From Vicugna vicugna (Eukaryota), in NCBI GenBank assembly GCA_013265495.1, contig MU058718.1:1178001-1242000 (forward strand): 64,000 nt of DNA. The letters run 5' to 3'. The position numbers were made by a program, and so were the translations under genes. Below the pieces are notes generated by a model that worked only from the letters and a program-made list of their open reading frames with translations, was not told the origin of the DNA and did no database searches. Within the stretch, counting starts at the first letter, position 1. The number at the start of each line of letters is the position of its first letter. Of this stretch, positions 13,770 through 27,680 are shown one piece after another.

Positions 13770-14715
13770 GTCAACCACCTAAGAAGTGTTCAAAAAAAAA
13801 AAAGAGAGAGAGGTATAATGAGTCAATGTAAGAGCTATTGGAATAATAAAAATGCTCAGTTAAACCCAGAGAAAGCAGAAAAGGAGGATACCAAGAACTA
13901 ATACACTGAAGAGAAAACAGTAAGAAGGTAGAATTCAATCCAATGATACCAACAATCACTTATAAAAGTGAATGATCTGAACATACATATCAGTTAAAAG
14001 ACAGAGGTTGTTAGATTGGATAAAATAGTAAGACCAAATTACATACTATTACAAACCCATTGTAAATAAAAAGATTTGGATTAAAAGTAAAAGGATGGAG
14101 AAAGATATAACATGAAAATGATACCTAAAGCAAAGCCTGCATAACTATACTAATTTCAAGTGGAGTTTTCAGAATAACAAAGATTACCAGGGATAAAGAG
14201 GGACATTACCTAATGATAAAAGAGTCAGTTTTCCAAGAAGCCATAACAATCTTAAATGTGTATGCATCTAATGGTAGAGCTTTAAAATGCATGAAGCGAA
14301 AACTGACAAAAGTGAATAGATGAATATGCAATTTCCATTGGAGACTTCAACACCCTTCTCTCAGTATTTAACAAAACAGACAGAAAATAAATAAGGATTT
14401 AGATGGCCTAAGCAGCACTCTTCAGCAATTTGACCTTGTTGACTTCCGTAGACCACTGCATCCAAGAGCAGTGTGATACATATTCTTCAAGTGCACATGG
14501 AACATTCACCAACATAGATCATATCCTGAGCCATAAAGCAAACCTTCACAAAGTTGAAAGAATAGGAATCACACAAAATATGTTCTCAAACCATATGGAA
14601 TTAAACTAGAAATCTACAGTAGAAAGATACCTGGAAAAATTCCCTTATGCTCAGAAATTAAATCACAGTCTTCTAACCCATAGGTCAAAGAGACAGTCTC
14701 AAGGAACTGAAAGCA
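13770..14715 (+). mobile_element. Decayed L1 fragment covering the ORF2 endonuclease region
   Basis: A-rich strand with remnants of L1 ORF2 EN motifs ('agggataaagagggacattac' ~RDKEGHY; 'ggagacttcaacaccc' ~GDFNTP; 'atagatcatatcctgagccataaa' ~IDHILSHK), interrupted by stops and frameshifts. Confidence 0.85.
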
Positions 14716-15134
14716 TGTCTGTGTGAAGCTGGGCCTGGGCCTGGTGGAAGGGAAGCTGCCATGGCCCACCAGTGAAACAAGCAAGAGCCAGCCCCTCCGG
14801 CCCCTCAGAGGACACGCCATGAGATGTGGGGATGAAGTTCAAGGAAGGGTGGATTTGTGGGTGAGGGCTGGGTTCTGGGGTGGGAGGACAGTTAGGGCCA
14901 GTGGTATTGTTTCTCAGCGTTACTGCCCAGCTTTTCTTCCCCTAAATGTTCTGCTTTAGTAAATGCAGTAACCTCTCTGGGCCAAGTGGGGAAACAGTCA
15001 AAGGAAATGGCACAGTTTATAGTAGAGTACTCAGTTCCGAGCTCTTTGCTTTTGATTCCTCCCCTCCGATTCTCAAAGTATCTGTACTGTGATTTCCCCA
15101 TTATAATCAAATCAAAAAATTCTAACTAAGGTTT

Positions 15135-15350
15135 TCTTACTATGTGGCGGGCACTGTGCTAAGCATTTTGCAAACATTACTTTGTTGGGTCCTCCCAAAA
15201 AAGCCTGTCAGGGAGATATTCTTACTTCTACTTGACAGAGGTAAAAACTGAGGTACAGAGAGATGAGACAGGCACACAGGTGGCAAGAGGCAAAGCCACG
15301 ATTTGAGTCCTGTTTTGCCCAATTCCTAACCCTCAGCACCCATGCTGGGC
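15135..15350 (-). mobile_element. MIR SINE
   Basis: 'tactatgtggcgggcactgtgctaagcatttt..aaaactgaggtacagagag'. Confidence 0.75.
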
Positions 15351-15917
15351 TGCCCCCCCCCCGCTGTGGGTGCTCCTAACCCAGCTGTCAGCTTTGCACT
15401 TCTGAGCATCTAAAACACAAAGATCTGAGAAGATCTAATTAAGAAGCTTTTGCTTTCCTAGGGCAGATCTCTAGATCATTAAGAAAGCCAGAGAGGGGTT
15501 ACAGGGAGTTGGGGCAGTAGTCATATTTAAGCAGAACCATTTGACATACATTTATAATATCTTCACTAATAGGTCTAGGTTTAAAGATTCATAGCCAGGC
15601 CATCTTCGTGGGCCTTCTCATTTGAGTCATCTTCAGGGGGCCCCCAGGACAGCACACCAGCAGCAGGGAGGAAGAACTCACATGTGTTCACACATTAGAC
15701 ATGTGTTCTTCAAATTGGGCCTTCTGTGATTACCCCAAAATATTGAGATTAAAAGCAGAATGAAACATTAAAAAAATCTATAGTTATTCTTCTTACCAGG
15801 CAGTAGAAATACTGAAGGAAAATAAGATGGATGCTAAACTAGATAGAATAATATGTAGGCAGAAAAAGTAAAACATACAGCAGGTAGTTCATAGCATAAA
15901 ATATAAAATGTATGCAC

Positions 15918-16150
15918 AGTACAGCATCGTGGTTAAGCTCTCCAGCTCTGGGATCAAAAACTGGTTCTGCTGCTTACTGGCTGTGTGACCTTGAGGGTCT
16001 GTTACTTCACCTTTGCCTCAACTTACTGATCTTAGAAATGGGGATAACAACATCGTTTATTATTGCACAGGGCTATTGTCTGGACTAAATGAATATATAT
16101 ATGTAGTGAGGACTAAATGACTATATACATGTAGTGATTAGTGTTCAATG
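15918..16150 (+). mobile_element. MIR SINE with internal 28-bp tandem duplication
   Basis: 'gtggttaag..cttactggctgtgtgaccttg..aaatggggataac'. Confidence 0.75.
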
Positions 16151-16369
16151 CATTTTTAGATATTACAATTATATGTCCAGCAGTATCACAGAATTTAAAA
16201 CATGTGTAGGATAGTTCAAAACCCAAGTAAATGAGGCTCAAAATGTTTACCCTCCTTCAAGACCCTGATAAGTGTACATTCCTGAACTTCCTACAAAAAT
16301 AATCCTTCCCTCTTTCGAAACTTTGGGTGAACTACTGGCTTATCTTTCATCACATTTTGAGTAAAGTAT

Positions 16370-16562
16370 GGTTAATTGTGTAACTGTCTCACAGACTGTG
16401 CTTGGCTGGAACTCTGAAGGCGGCCATGGGGTCTTGTTCAGCTGCCTCCTTCGACTCTCCCCTACCCCACTGTAGCCTGCAAACACAGATAGCACCCAGG
16501 ATAGTGCCTGGAACTTAGCTGGTACTGAATGCATATTTGTTAAGTTGAACTGAACTGAATTG
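16370..16562 (+). mobile_element. L2 3' end
   Basis: 'agcacccaggatagtgcctggaacttag..tatttgttaagttgaactgaactgaattgaa'. Confidence 0.65.
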
Positions 16563-19500
16563 AAACGCACAGACTGGGCTCATCCAGGAGAAGAGGCAGA
16601 GAGCTAGAAGGAAAGGGAGTTTGCTACCATTTGTCATGCAGAAGCCGGACTATCTCACTCAGAAGTATTTGAATGAAAGGCATTCCATACCCAAAGCAAG
16701 TTGCGGTGGTTGAAAGGTAACAGAAACACTTGTGAGTATTGAGGTCAGGTGGGTGCACATAATTCTTTTCAAAATAGGAACTGGGCTGCCTGCTAACTTG
16801 TAGGCATTCTGGCATCCAGTTTTAGTCTGTATCAAGCCCAGGGATCATCACTGAGAAGCTCTTCATAAAGCTGCAGCCAGTGTAGCTTTACTTGTGCAAA
16901 TTAATGTGTGCCAAAGAAACTTTTGAGCAGACTCCACTGTGATTGCCCAGTCAGAAGTTCATTAAATTCATAGGGGTCAAATTTGACAAGAGTACATCTA
17001 GCTTTGTTCTGTGGAAGCCTGAGCAAAGTCATGAAAACCAGATACAATTAGAGGGCTTGCTACGAATCCAGAGGGGCTGGCCTGAGAGTAATGTTGTCCT
17101 GTAGTGGAAACACACTCTCGGTGTTGCACCTACATGCTTCCAACACTCAGCCACACACAATTCTCTAAAACGCACACACACACACTATTCCAGTAACTGG
17201 GTCAGAAACTGCACTGATGGAGAACTCGAGCATCAACCATTAGTGTAGGTATCCAGAAACTGGCTTCTGTTTTGTATACAACATCACCAGTGCTGAGTGG
17301 TTTCCAGTGTTTGGCCCCTAAACTAGTGGGTCGCACTTTTACATTCATCTGTCAAAGTCTCTTGTGGAGTGTTCTAAAAGCGAATTCCTGGGCCCTGCAC
17401 CCGCAGAAATTCTGGCTCAGCAGGTCTGGGGCAGAGTCTAAAAATCTGCACTTGGCAGACAAATCAATAAAAGACCATCCATAATGAACCACACTTTAAT
17501 GATTTTCTGAAGTCTTGCAAGACCTGATAGGTCTACCCTACATTTTGGCATTGAATTAATGAGACCAGTGAGACCGCAGTGGCTTTGAAAACTGAAAAAA
17601 TCCAAAACCCTGATTGTCCCTATCTGGGGTGCTTCAGTGTGCTTCCCTTCCCATGTTTGCAACATAAGAAGGGCTGTTAAGAATGGGTCATCATACACAA
17701 TTATACCTGAAATGATCAGAAGCCCATTTTCTTGCTCTAGGTGTTCACTAGTATCTTATTTATCTCAGCAGAGCCAACACTCAAACTAGAATCTTTTGAT
17801 GGTGCCAAACCCAAAGTGTTTCACTGAACTGCAGCTACCCTCACTGGGTGACCAGGAGTCTCATAAAACAGTCTCCGTATCAACTGATATTAAAAATATT
17901 TAGCTACCAGTGAAATAGGTGCAGGCCCCCTCAGAACTGAGGCAGGCACTTGCCCCCACCCTGCTTCTTAGGCCCTACCCACTGAAATGGTAAAGCACCT
18001 CCAGGATGTTACCACATGGGAGTCAGGCCCCTAACTAGGGGCGGGAGAGACAAGCAGGAAATCGCCTGCTTTTGCCCGCCATCCAGGACAAAAGACAGTA
18101 AGCAGAAAACAATGACAAAAATCATGCAAGTCAACTCTTTCCTTAAGATAGAGGAGAAGGGCTAAATTAGAAGGTCGGTTTCCATAAGGAATGGTGACAA
18201 CTTTCCCCGCCATAAACACTATCTCAGACTCACAGTCTGACAAGTGTTCCTGTATCTCTGAAGATAAAGGGTCAGAGTTTTTTTAATCATGATTGTCCTA
18301 CACATTTGTGAAAAAATGCTTGCCAGGCCTCAGGCAACATTTGGCGGTCCCTCCTGTGCTGTACCTCAAAATCTGTCCCAGAAGAGGTTTATTTCCTTAC
18401 TGTAGAGAATTGCCCCACTTCGGAGCTCAGATGCAAACACCTGGGATAAAACTGCTGGGAGGTCTAACAGGGCGGCTCATTAAGTCCCAGCTACTCTCGC
18501 GGTTTTGCCTGGATCCAGTCCAGGTCAGCTGTCCTTTGACCCTCTGTCAGGGTCTGTAAGAAGCCCTATATGAGTGGAGGTTGATTTTCTCTGCAGATTG
18601 CAGTTTAGAAAAAGTTCTGGTCCACTACAGGCTTCCCTCCTTTTGTTTTTCCCTCTTCTCATTTCCCAGCTAGTGGGCATCTTACTATTCTATACTGAGT
18701 TTTCATACTTAACACTCAATCCTTTTAAGTTTCACAACTCATGCTTCTCGATTTTCTTGCTCAGTTGAACTTTCATCTTTGATAGTTTCTGATCTTCCTC
18801 TTTGTTGGGTGTGTTTTGTTTCTTGTATAACATTTTAAGTGTGGAGTGCTACTGTCCCAAGTGCTCCATTTCTGACTTGAAATGATTTGTGATTCAAAAT
18901 CATGACATTCGAATTTGACATCCCACACGTAATACAGTAATACCTAATAACCGTGCCCACAAGCTATTTAATGTAATTGGGAAATACTTCATTCTGGCTT
19001 CACTTCCCTAAAACCATTCTAACATCACTCATTCAAGGAACTAAAACAGAAGCTTGGTCTGGAAATTAATTGGAGATTAACACAAAATCTTAATTTTAAA
19101 TGTATCAAAGAAAAGAAAGAAAACAGTTTAGACCCCAGTGTACATCAAAGGATAATTCTATCTGGCAACGTACAATGGCTTGGCGGCAGCTTAATCTCTC
19201 ACCACACCCTAACGCTGCCATAGCTACTGCAGCACAGAAGCCACAACATCATTTTTAGTGCTGCTCCCTCACGCAAGGAACTCTCCCCAGCACTGAGGCC
19301 GGGATTTAATTAACTATGGCTATTTACAAACTCGTAGAAGCTGGTTACACACCAACAGAAAATCACCAGCTCAGCAAGCAGCCTCTCTGGAAGTCATTGA
19401 TGAACTGCCTTCTGATGGCTGCTGTTGAACACGGATTGAACCCTGGCAAGGATGCCAACTCAGCTCTGCTTTCAATCCCTGCAGTGAGAGAGGCCCTCAA

Positions 19501-22500
19501 GGCACTGGGGCACTTCGCCAGAGGGATGCGTGAGAGGCCAGGAACAAGGTGGGAGAGAATTCAGAGTCTAACACCAGCTGCATGCAGGGTTCAAAGTGGT
19601 GTCAAATGTCAGCACATACCTTCTTCTCCTAGACATGGTCTCACGTGCATTTCCCTTTTTTTCACTTATTTGAACATCTTGCACTGCGAAGGAGGGGATT
19701 ATGTGCTGGAGTGTTTCATTTTCAAATGTTTTTGCACAGAGCTTTTTGCCTCCCACCATTTCAATCACCTATAGTAAGTTTCACTAGAAAAATGTTTTTC
19801 ATTTAAAATTTGAGTAAACACCACAAAGTCAAAAGGGATTCAGCATACCTAATTCTGAAAGAGAGAGAGTTCTGGGTAAAGTAACCATCTTTTGTTTAGA
19901 GAACATGTTCTACCAAAACTCCACCATCCAGACCTCGAGTTAACCTGCCTGTAACTGCAGACTTCGGTAGAGGAGTAGAACTTAGGACTTCAGAGCTAAA
20001 TTTTTATTTCGTTAGAATACAAATATTTTAAGTGCATCCTACCTTCTGACTACCTTAACTAAAAAGAGTATTCCTTCCTCTACTTCCCCTCCTCCTCCTC
20101 TTTCTCTTCTTTTTCTAATAAGCGTAACCAAAACAACATTTTAAATGATCCTCATTAAACTCAATTGAATCACTTTTTCCCCAGTGTTCTCTACTTCTAG
20201 CTTCCAAATATTAAGCCTCCAGGGGCTCCCACTGAAGTATAGACCAGGATTCCTCCTGGCAGCAGAGTGGATATTGTAGAGATCCTTTTTACTTTTATTT
20301 CTAAACACCTCTTGGGGCAATTTTCCCCTTGCAGAGGGTGAAAGCAATTACTGGGGATACAAATCCTCCACTCTGGGGACAGCTAGTTCCAGGAGGATTC
20401 CCCTCATGCTGAAAAAGTTATTTATTTATTTACTAATTTATCTATTTTCTAAGAGGAGTTTTTAGCTTGAACTAATAAACAAAAATACATTGTTAGTGAG
20501 TGTTTTCCTGGGTGTAGTGTATCCCTTCCAGTATTTTCCCAAAGAAGGAAATGTTAAGCTCTTGATAAATGAAAAATAAACTCTTGTTCTCTAAAATAGA
20601 TTATAACAATGAGAACTTTCTCCAACTTTAAAAATCTATGACTAATCTTTGGCTTTAATTGGTAGAATTTCCCTAAATTATTGAATGCATTCCATGTTTC
20701 TCAGACTCTGTTTTGGTTAAGGACAAGGGGAGCATCTCCAATGGGTGAGTGATTATCTTATCATCCTTTTACTGCAGCCATGGAGATCTTTAACTCTTTA
20801 AACAGTGGCATTTAAGTCTTGAGAACACCCAGAAGCTTGCCCCAGGCTTTAGACATTCTCAGTTTAAAAAAAAAAAAAAAAAGGGGGGGGGTGCAGGGAA
20901 AGAGGGTAGGGGGTGGGGGAAGGCTAGTTTGGGTTATCAACAAAGCAGAAATAGAATAAGCCAGGTAGTTCAACTCTGATAAGATTGGAGATCTTCTGCA
21001 AATCGGGTAAGCTGACCTGTGAACAAGTGCCCAAGTTTGGGCAGGGGCAGCCTCTCCTCTCCTGGGCTTTGTATCAGGGGCATTCATTCTCTGAGTATAC
21101 TTAATGGCAAGTAAAGTTAGAGATCAGCTCTTTCCCAGTTTCTCTGAGCAATGAGGTTATTCTTTCACTTCTACAAACATTTTTAATCACATCTCCTTAC
21201 CTTTCCTTTGTGCATCAAAAAGAGGTTATCTAATACTGAACTGTACCCGTCTCTAGGCTATGTCACAAAAACTGGTAGAATCATCAACTTTAAGAGGATT
21301 TTATCACCAACAGTTTATAGCTCTTGATTGAAATTAAATAATAGACACAAGGAATGCTTGACCTCTGAAACGACACCCTAACCCCTGCCAAAGGGAAGCC
21401 CACTTAAAAAAAAGAAAAAAGATTGTAGGAAAATGCTCTTAAGACCTGAAAGTCAGAATGTAGAAAGTTATTTCTTTATTAAGACCCTGCAAATTGATCT
21501 TATTTTAAATGCTTTTATAATAAAGCCCATATGTCAGAGTAATGATGTCAAAACCCTTAAACTACGCTGGTAAATGGAAAAGGTAATGGAAAATGAAAGA
21601 TTTCATTCAGCTTTTTTGTTTTGTTTTGCATTTTGCTGGAAGTGCTGCCTATTAAAACAAATAACTAAGTCAAACGAAAGTTACCACTATATCTAGTTTT
21701 AACTTCTTAATAAGACAGTTCTGAATATTTTACTTTATGATTTTTTCTGTTTTCAAATTAAATGAGGTTTTTATATAATATCAACTCTAAAAAGAAGGCA
21801 AAAAATATTTAGGAAGACCATATACCTAGAGTTAAGCAGCCCTTGACCTTAAGTAGTACAACTAGAGCTGATTTTTTATTACATTTTTAGTTTTCAGAAT
21901 TTTTCAAATTTCTATAATTAATATTTATTACTTTTAAAACTATGATTTTGTTTAAAGTTTGAAAAGATCCCAGCCATATTATTTCATTCTTGAGTGTTTT
22001 AAATGAGAAATTTTTGAACTTCTTTCCCCTTTCTCATCCCTCTGCTCATCTCTGGGTTGAGTTTCTCCTTGGGTTGCTTTTTTCTCATTTCCCATCCTTT
22101 TGCCCTTTCTCCCTCTTCAGTCAGGGCCACCTACTTGAACTGAACTGCCTGCCCAACCCTGGGAGGCTTTTATGAAAATAAAACCAGAGAGATGACCAGT
22201 CCTACCTGGACCACTGAAGCGCCTTAGAGGTGACAGAATGTCAGATGTGAAGTGTTGAGACCAACCACCTCACTTTACAGAGGTGCGAACTAAGGTTGAC
22301 TGTGGAGTGACTTCCTTAAGGTCACATCACCAGTTGAGGGCAGTGAAAACAAGAACTCAGGACTAGTCTTGCAGCTTGAACCTGTGAAAGGGATGGAGGC
22401 TGCTAAAGGCAGCAAACAGAAGCATGTAACGAATCATGCAGACATCGAATGCATGAAGCAGCAGGACTTTTCTAAAAACATACTCCTGACCTTCCCTCCC

Positions 22501-23664
22501 TATTTCCTCACCTCAGACAGAGATACAAGCACACAAAAATATTTCTGTAATGTAAGAAACAGCAGCGCTAAAGCAAGGAAAAACAGAGTCTGACCTGCAG
22601 CCTCAGTGTCGCAGGGAGCAGAGTAGCTGCGGCCACCACGTCTCAAGGGGGCCACCACTCCAGCCATGTGAGGATTCAGCCCCGGTGTTGCCAGATCTTA
22701 CGATTTGAGAAGGGAAGAGAAAAATTAAGATTTTTGTGTGAAATTTCCCAGTTTAAAATGTTGGTGCAAATGTTTCAAAAATAATATTTAAGCCAGGCAA
22801 AATATGCCAGAAGTTTGCAATTGTGCATCAAGATAATGTACAATGTAAGAACAGGGCAGAGTTGCGTCATAATAGAGTGGAGGTAAATGTTATGAAATCC
22901 TTGCTGACAGAGGGAAGGGAGACTCTACCGCTGCTGTGGACTGATCTCAGAATTAAATAGCGTCAACACATACCGTCCGTTTGGGGGTGTACCGAGCACT
23001 GGGCATCCTTGCCAACTGCTCTTTCTGAGCTTTTCATATCCTGCCTGGCTTTTGCTCCCCTCTTTTACATTGAAACAAGATGAAAATTGTTGGATCCTTG
23101 GCTTAAAACTGATATACAGACTTTCCCCAATCACTAGTGGAAAGCTGTGGTGGTGGTTTGGGATCTACTTGTTGAAACGTAAATGTAACACACAAGGGTC
23201 CCTAAAATGTGTGAGCCTGCACTCTTATGACCATAGAGGGGCATCCTTCTTGCCACGCACAGGAGTCTGGTTCTGTCTCCTCCGCCTCTCATCTTCATTT
23301 AGCAAAAAGGAAACCCTCTTCTCACCACAGTGCTCATTTACTCATTCAGTATTCATAAAAATTGGCAAAGCCCCTACCATTGCATTCCCTTTTAAGTCAA
23401 CTCATAAGAAAAAGCATTGCTGTTTAAATGAGGGCAGTAAAGTTTCAGCTTGGCAACCTAACCTAAGAATGATTATCAGAATTATAGATACAATCCTTCT
23501 TTATATGCTCCTGTTTTCTCCAAGTTTTCTGCAGTGAGTGCTTTTTTTTTTTTTTTTCATATAATCCAGACGGGGAAAGGTTGGGGAAAAAAATCCAGAG
23601 GGCAAGTCAAACTATATGTCTATTTCAATAGCTAAATCAACCAACAGGTAGATTAAGAAGTTAC

Positions 23665-23865
23665 CAGTGAAATGGAAAGAACTTCAGCTCAGGAGTCAAC
23701 AAAACTGCGTTTTAATCCCAGTTTTTCCACTCCACCTTAATCTCCGAGCCCTCAGTCTTTTCTTCTGTTAAGTGGGGATAATAATGCCAGTATTTCAGGG
23801 TAACTGTAAAGGTTAATGGTAAGTTATGTGATATATGGGAAGTTCTGAATAAAAGGTAATTGTCG
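23665..23865 (+). mobile_element. MIR SINE
   Basis: 'cttaatctccgagccctcagtcttttcttctgttaagtggggataataatgcc'. Confidence 0.65.
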
Positions 23866-24774
23866 CTTATATGGTGATTTTGTTTAATGTACCATTCAAC
23901 ATCAGATTGATTAAATTTTGGAAAGCCCTGGTAAACATTTGAATTCATGTGTGTTCATGAGAAGAAACCATCCTGATGTGAATAGACAGCTCTAGAGCTT
24001 ATCTTTGTTTCTTCTGCCGAAGCATCTCAGCAGAGGACTACAAAACCATATTGGATGATTTGGGAACCTGTAACAAATTCTGTGAGAAAAATTTGAGTTT
24101 TTCTTTTGTTTTAGGTACAGTGTCATTTTTAAAGAATCTATGATTGAATTTATGGAGTCAGTTGTAAATTTAGTTGCTTTTACATTTTCAAATTTAAAAA
24201 TTACAATCATTTGTTTTTTTCCAGCATTCTTTAGCACAAGAACAGTCTTTTTGAATGAACTTGGACATTGTACTAAAGATTATGACACTTTTAATAACGC
24301 TTTGCATATACGCGTTAAATACTTGTTACGACGTGTAATTAAATACCCAGCCTCCTTGAAAAATGGCTACCCTGTTGAATCCAATGGAAAAGTACATTCA
24401 GTGAAGCTTCCCCACCCTCCAGAATTAAGGGAGATGCCAGCATCTTCAGGACTAATTTTATAAGCTATTTAAGCTTTTCCCCAGCCTACTGTTTGCTGCT
24501 GCTGTTTTACAGTATTTAATTTACAATTTACTATGTCAGCTTAACCTGAGAGGTTTCTTCTTCTTTTAAGAAGTGCTGTTTAAACTAACTGAAGACGTAT
24601 ACACTCATCTTCCTCCAGCTCACCACTGTTGTCCATTCTGGGCTGGGCTCCACTGTCCCTGGCCTGGACCATTGCAGTTGGCCCCTGTAGGACTTCTGGC
24701 CTCATATAGTCTCCTCCCGCACACACCGCGGTCTTTGTAAGACACCAGCCTGCTTGTGGCCTGTGACCTACTAG

Positions 24775-24915
24775 ATAACAAGGCTACTGAGCACTGACTG
24801 TGCCTGGCATTGTGTTAAGCACTTGCATTCATTATCTCATTTAATCCTCGAAACAATCCCATGAGATAATCTCCATTTTGCAGAGATGCAAAGGGAGGCT
24901 CAGAGAAGTAAATTG
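24775..24915 (-). mobile_element. MIR SINE
   Basis: 'tgtgcctggcattgtgttaagcactt..cattatctcatttaatcctc..gaggctcagagaagt'. Confidence 0.8.
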
Positions 24916-25545
24916 TGCAAGTAAATTGTAGATTCCATTTTGGGCTTCATTCATCCACTTAATTACATATACTCCTCCCTGACTATAGCCATAGCCACAT
25001 GATGGCAGAATGCATTAGGTGTGGTGACACCTTGGTCACATGCTGTCTCCACTGTCTGGGATGCCCTTGCCCACTTGGCACTTAAATGGGTCCTCTCTAC
25101 AGTGAAGCCTTCCCAGAGATCCCTCCAACTACCCCCACTTAATCCCACCATTTCCCCAACATGGCCCTACTGCTTTGCCATTGTTAGTTTATCTGTCTCT
25201 CTCTTTTATCAAATGTCATGAGGGCTGGGACTTAACCATATTGTAATTGTGCTCATTTACACACACCCTGGGAAGTAGTAGACATTCAGTAAATGTTTGT
25301 AAAATGGATAAGTTCTGAGATCGTCAAGAGTGTCTCACTGATCTCTATATCCCCCAAACCAAGCTGCAATAGCAGGAGGTCAGCCTGCAAGGGACAGATT
25401 GACTAAGAGGCAGTCTGGTGGAGTGTCACAAGCCATGGGGCAGAGGATCAGTAGACAGAGATGCCAAAGCCAGAGACAGAAACTGAATTAGGGGCCAGCT
25501 GGACAAAGAAGGGGTTGGATATGGAGCAAGGAGAGATGGGGTGGT

Positions 25546-26007
25546 ATATTAGTCAGATTTCTCTAGAGAAATAGAACCAAATATAAAAAGGATTTTATTA
25601 TAAGGAGTTAGGGCTCTCAAGATAATGGAAGCTACAAGTCCCAAGATCTGCAGTCAGAAAGCTGGAGACTTAGGAGAGCCTATGGTGTATTTCAGTCTGA
25701 GTGTCAACAAGCTTGAGACTGAGGAAGGGCCAGTGTTTCCATTTGAGTCCAAAGGCAGCATCACAACTCAGACATTCAGGCAGGAGGAATTCCCTCTTAC
25801 TCTTAGGAGGGTCAGCCTTTTTGTTCTACTCAGTCTTTCAACTGATTGGATGGGACCCACCCACATTGGGGAGGGCAATCTGCTTTACTCATTGCACCAT
25901 TCGAATGTTGATCTCATCCAGAAACACCCTCACAGACAAACCTAGAATGATGTTTGACCAAATACCTGGGCACGTTGCGGCCCAAACTGATACAAAAGTA
26001 ACCATCC
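25546..26007 (-). mobile_element. MLT2 (ERVL) solo LTR
   Basis: 'tattagtcagatttctctagagaaatagaacca..tcccaagatctgcagtcag..gattggatgggacccacccacattggggagggcaatctgctttactc..aaagtaaccatc'. Confidence 0.85.
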
Positions 26008-26857
26008 TAGGTAGGGAGTAAAGGTAACCCAGGAAGACCCTTGTGGGCACAGGCTTCAATCAGGGTCCCTTATTTATGTGCAGGCTGGAGCGGTCCCTTT
26101 GACCTGGAGAGTTCTTAAAGTCTCTATTCCCAATGGTCAGTGGCCTGAGGACCCCATCATCTCCCACCATTCTGCCCTCACATCTGCTCCTCCTGCACAC
26201 TTCTCTCCTGAAACTTCAAGGAATGTAGGCCTTATTTTGGAGTCACCCCTTATTCATCCAGGTCCTTGGTCCTAACATCTAAACAGTTGCCAAGACCTGC
26301 CAGTTCTTCCTGTAAAATGTGTCTCACATCCTTTATCTCCCTTCACTGTTGCTATTCTCCTACTGTAGAGTGATGGCTCTTCAATTTTTAAATACAGAAG
26401 AATGAGGGGGGGTCACACAGTCTGATGGGGGACTGGTTTTGAAGCTGCCTTCACAAAGCAAAAAACTGTTCTTTAGATTACGTGTCATAAATTAATAATA
26501 TAGCAGAGTTTTATGCAAGTATGCTTTACACAAATTGAGAAAATATTCATTGTATATATCAAGTTATACATATATATTTTTAAAATTTGTGATAGAGATT
26601 ATAATAGGGAGATCCTACTTTGTAACAACTTTAGATTTGTTTCGTGAACAGTGTCTTTCACTCCAAGCACTGTCTCTTTTGTTGCTAGATAATTCTTCCC
26701 AAAGCACAGCTTCAATACTGTTACTACTCACAAACCTTCACTGGCTCCTCACTGCCTACTAACTAAGGAACGGTCTGTAAATAGATTCTATGGCCCTTCA
26801 AAATATGGATTCCACTCATTTTCCTGGCTTTACATCCCATGAGTCACCATTGCCTCG

Positions 26858-27310
26858 TATCAGTCAGGAATGCCTTTGGATACAAGTAACAGTACATGCA
26901 GTGTATGCTGGCTTAAACAAAGAGAGAGCTATTTTTCTCACATAGTAAGAAATTAAAGGGTCTGCCATCTAGGGATAGTGCAAGTACTCAGTGATGGACC
27001 CAAGCTCCTTCTGTTTCTCAGTTCTATCATATAATAATATAGCTTTGAGCTTCTGCACTTACAGGCATCTAATCCCCATTCCAAGTAGATGGAAGAAGGG
27101 CGAGAGCAAAGGGCAAAAGTTGAAAGAAGGTGCATGCTAATTGAGCCTGTCTTGTTTTTATGGATAAACTGGATACTTTTACAGAATCCCAACCTAGCAA
27201 TCTTCTGCTTATGACTCAGTGATCAGAAGGGTGTCACATGGTGGAAGGTGACTTGGGGAGACAGGATTGTGGATGGAGGTAGGCCAGCCAATCAGTAGTC
27301 CCTGCCACAC
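26858..27310 (-). mobile_element. Old MLT1 (MaLR) LTR
   Basis: 'tatcagtcaggaatgc..caagtaacag..tggcttaaacaa..tttttctcacatagtaagaa'. Confidence 0.65.
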
Positions 27311-27349
27311 ACACACCCACTCTAATTAGGTGGCTCGCTCACCTTACTC

Positions 27350-27680
27350 CACATCATTTTCTCCACCTTGAATGATCTTTTCCCTGCCCCATTTCTGTTT
27401 ATTGAAGCCCTTTCATCCTGACAAAATACCACATCCTCCAAGATGCCCTCCTGGCCTCCCTCCAAAGTTCTCTGATGAAATTTTTCCCTCTGAGATCAAC
27501 TGCTGTATTTCTGCTCTACCTAGAATCCTCACACTGTACTGTGCTTAGTTATATGTGTTTTATCTCCCTGTCTGTATTTTGAAGTCCAGGAGGACAGGGA
27601 GCATGTCCTATTCATCTTTTTATCTCCAAGGCAACTCAGCACAGAGTAGGTATTCAATAAGTGTTGGATGAATGCATGCA
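27350..27680 (+). mobile_element. L2 3' end
   Basis: 'aggacagggagcatgtc..cagcacagagtaggtattcaataagtgttggatgaatg'. Confidence 0.7.

Noticed and set aside
19316..19774. 152-aa ATG-initiated ORF
   Set aside because: No recognisable family or exon structure; likely a chance ORF over non-coding sequence.
23052..23537. 161-aa ORF
   Set aside because: Non-ATG start, no domain and no supporting splice structure.
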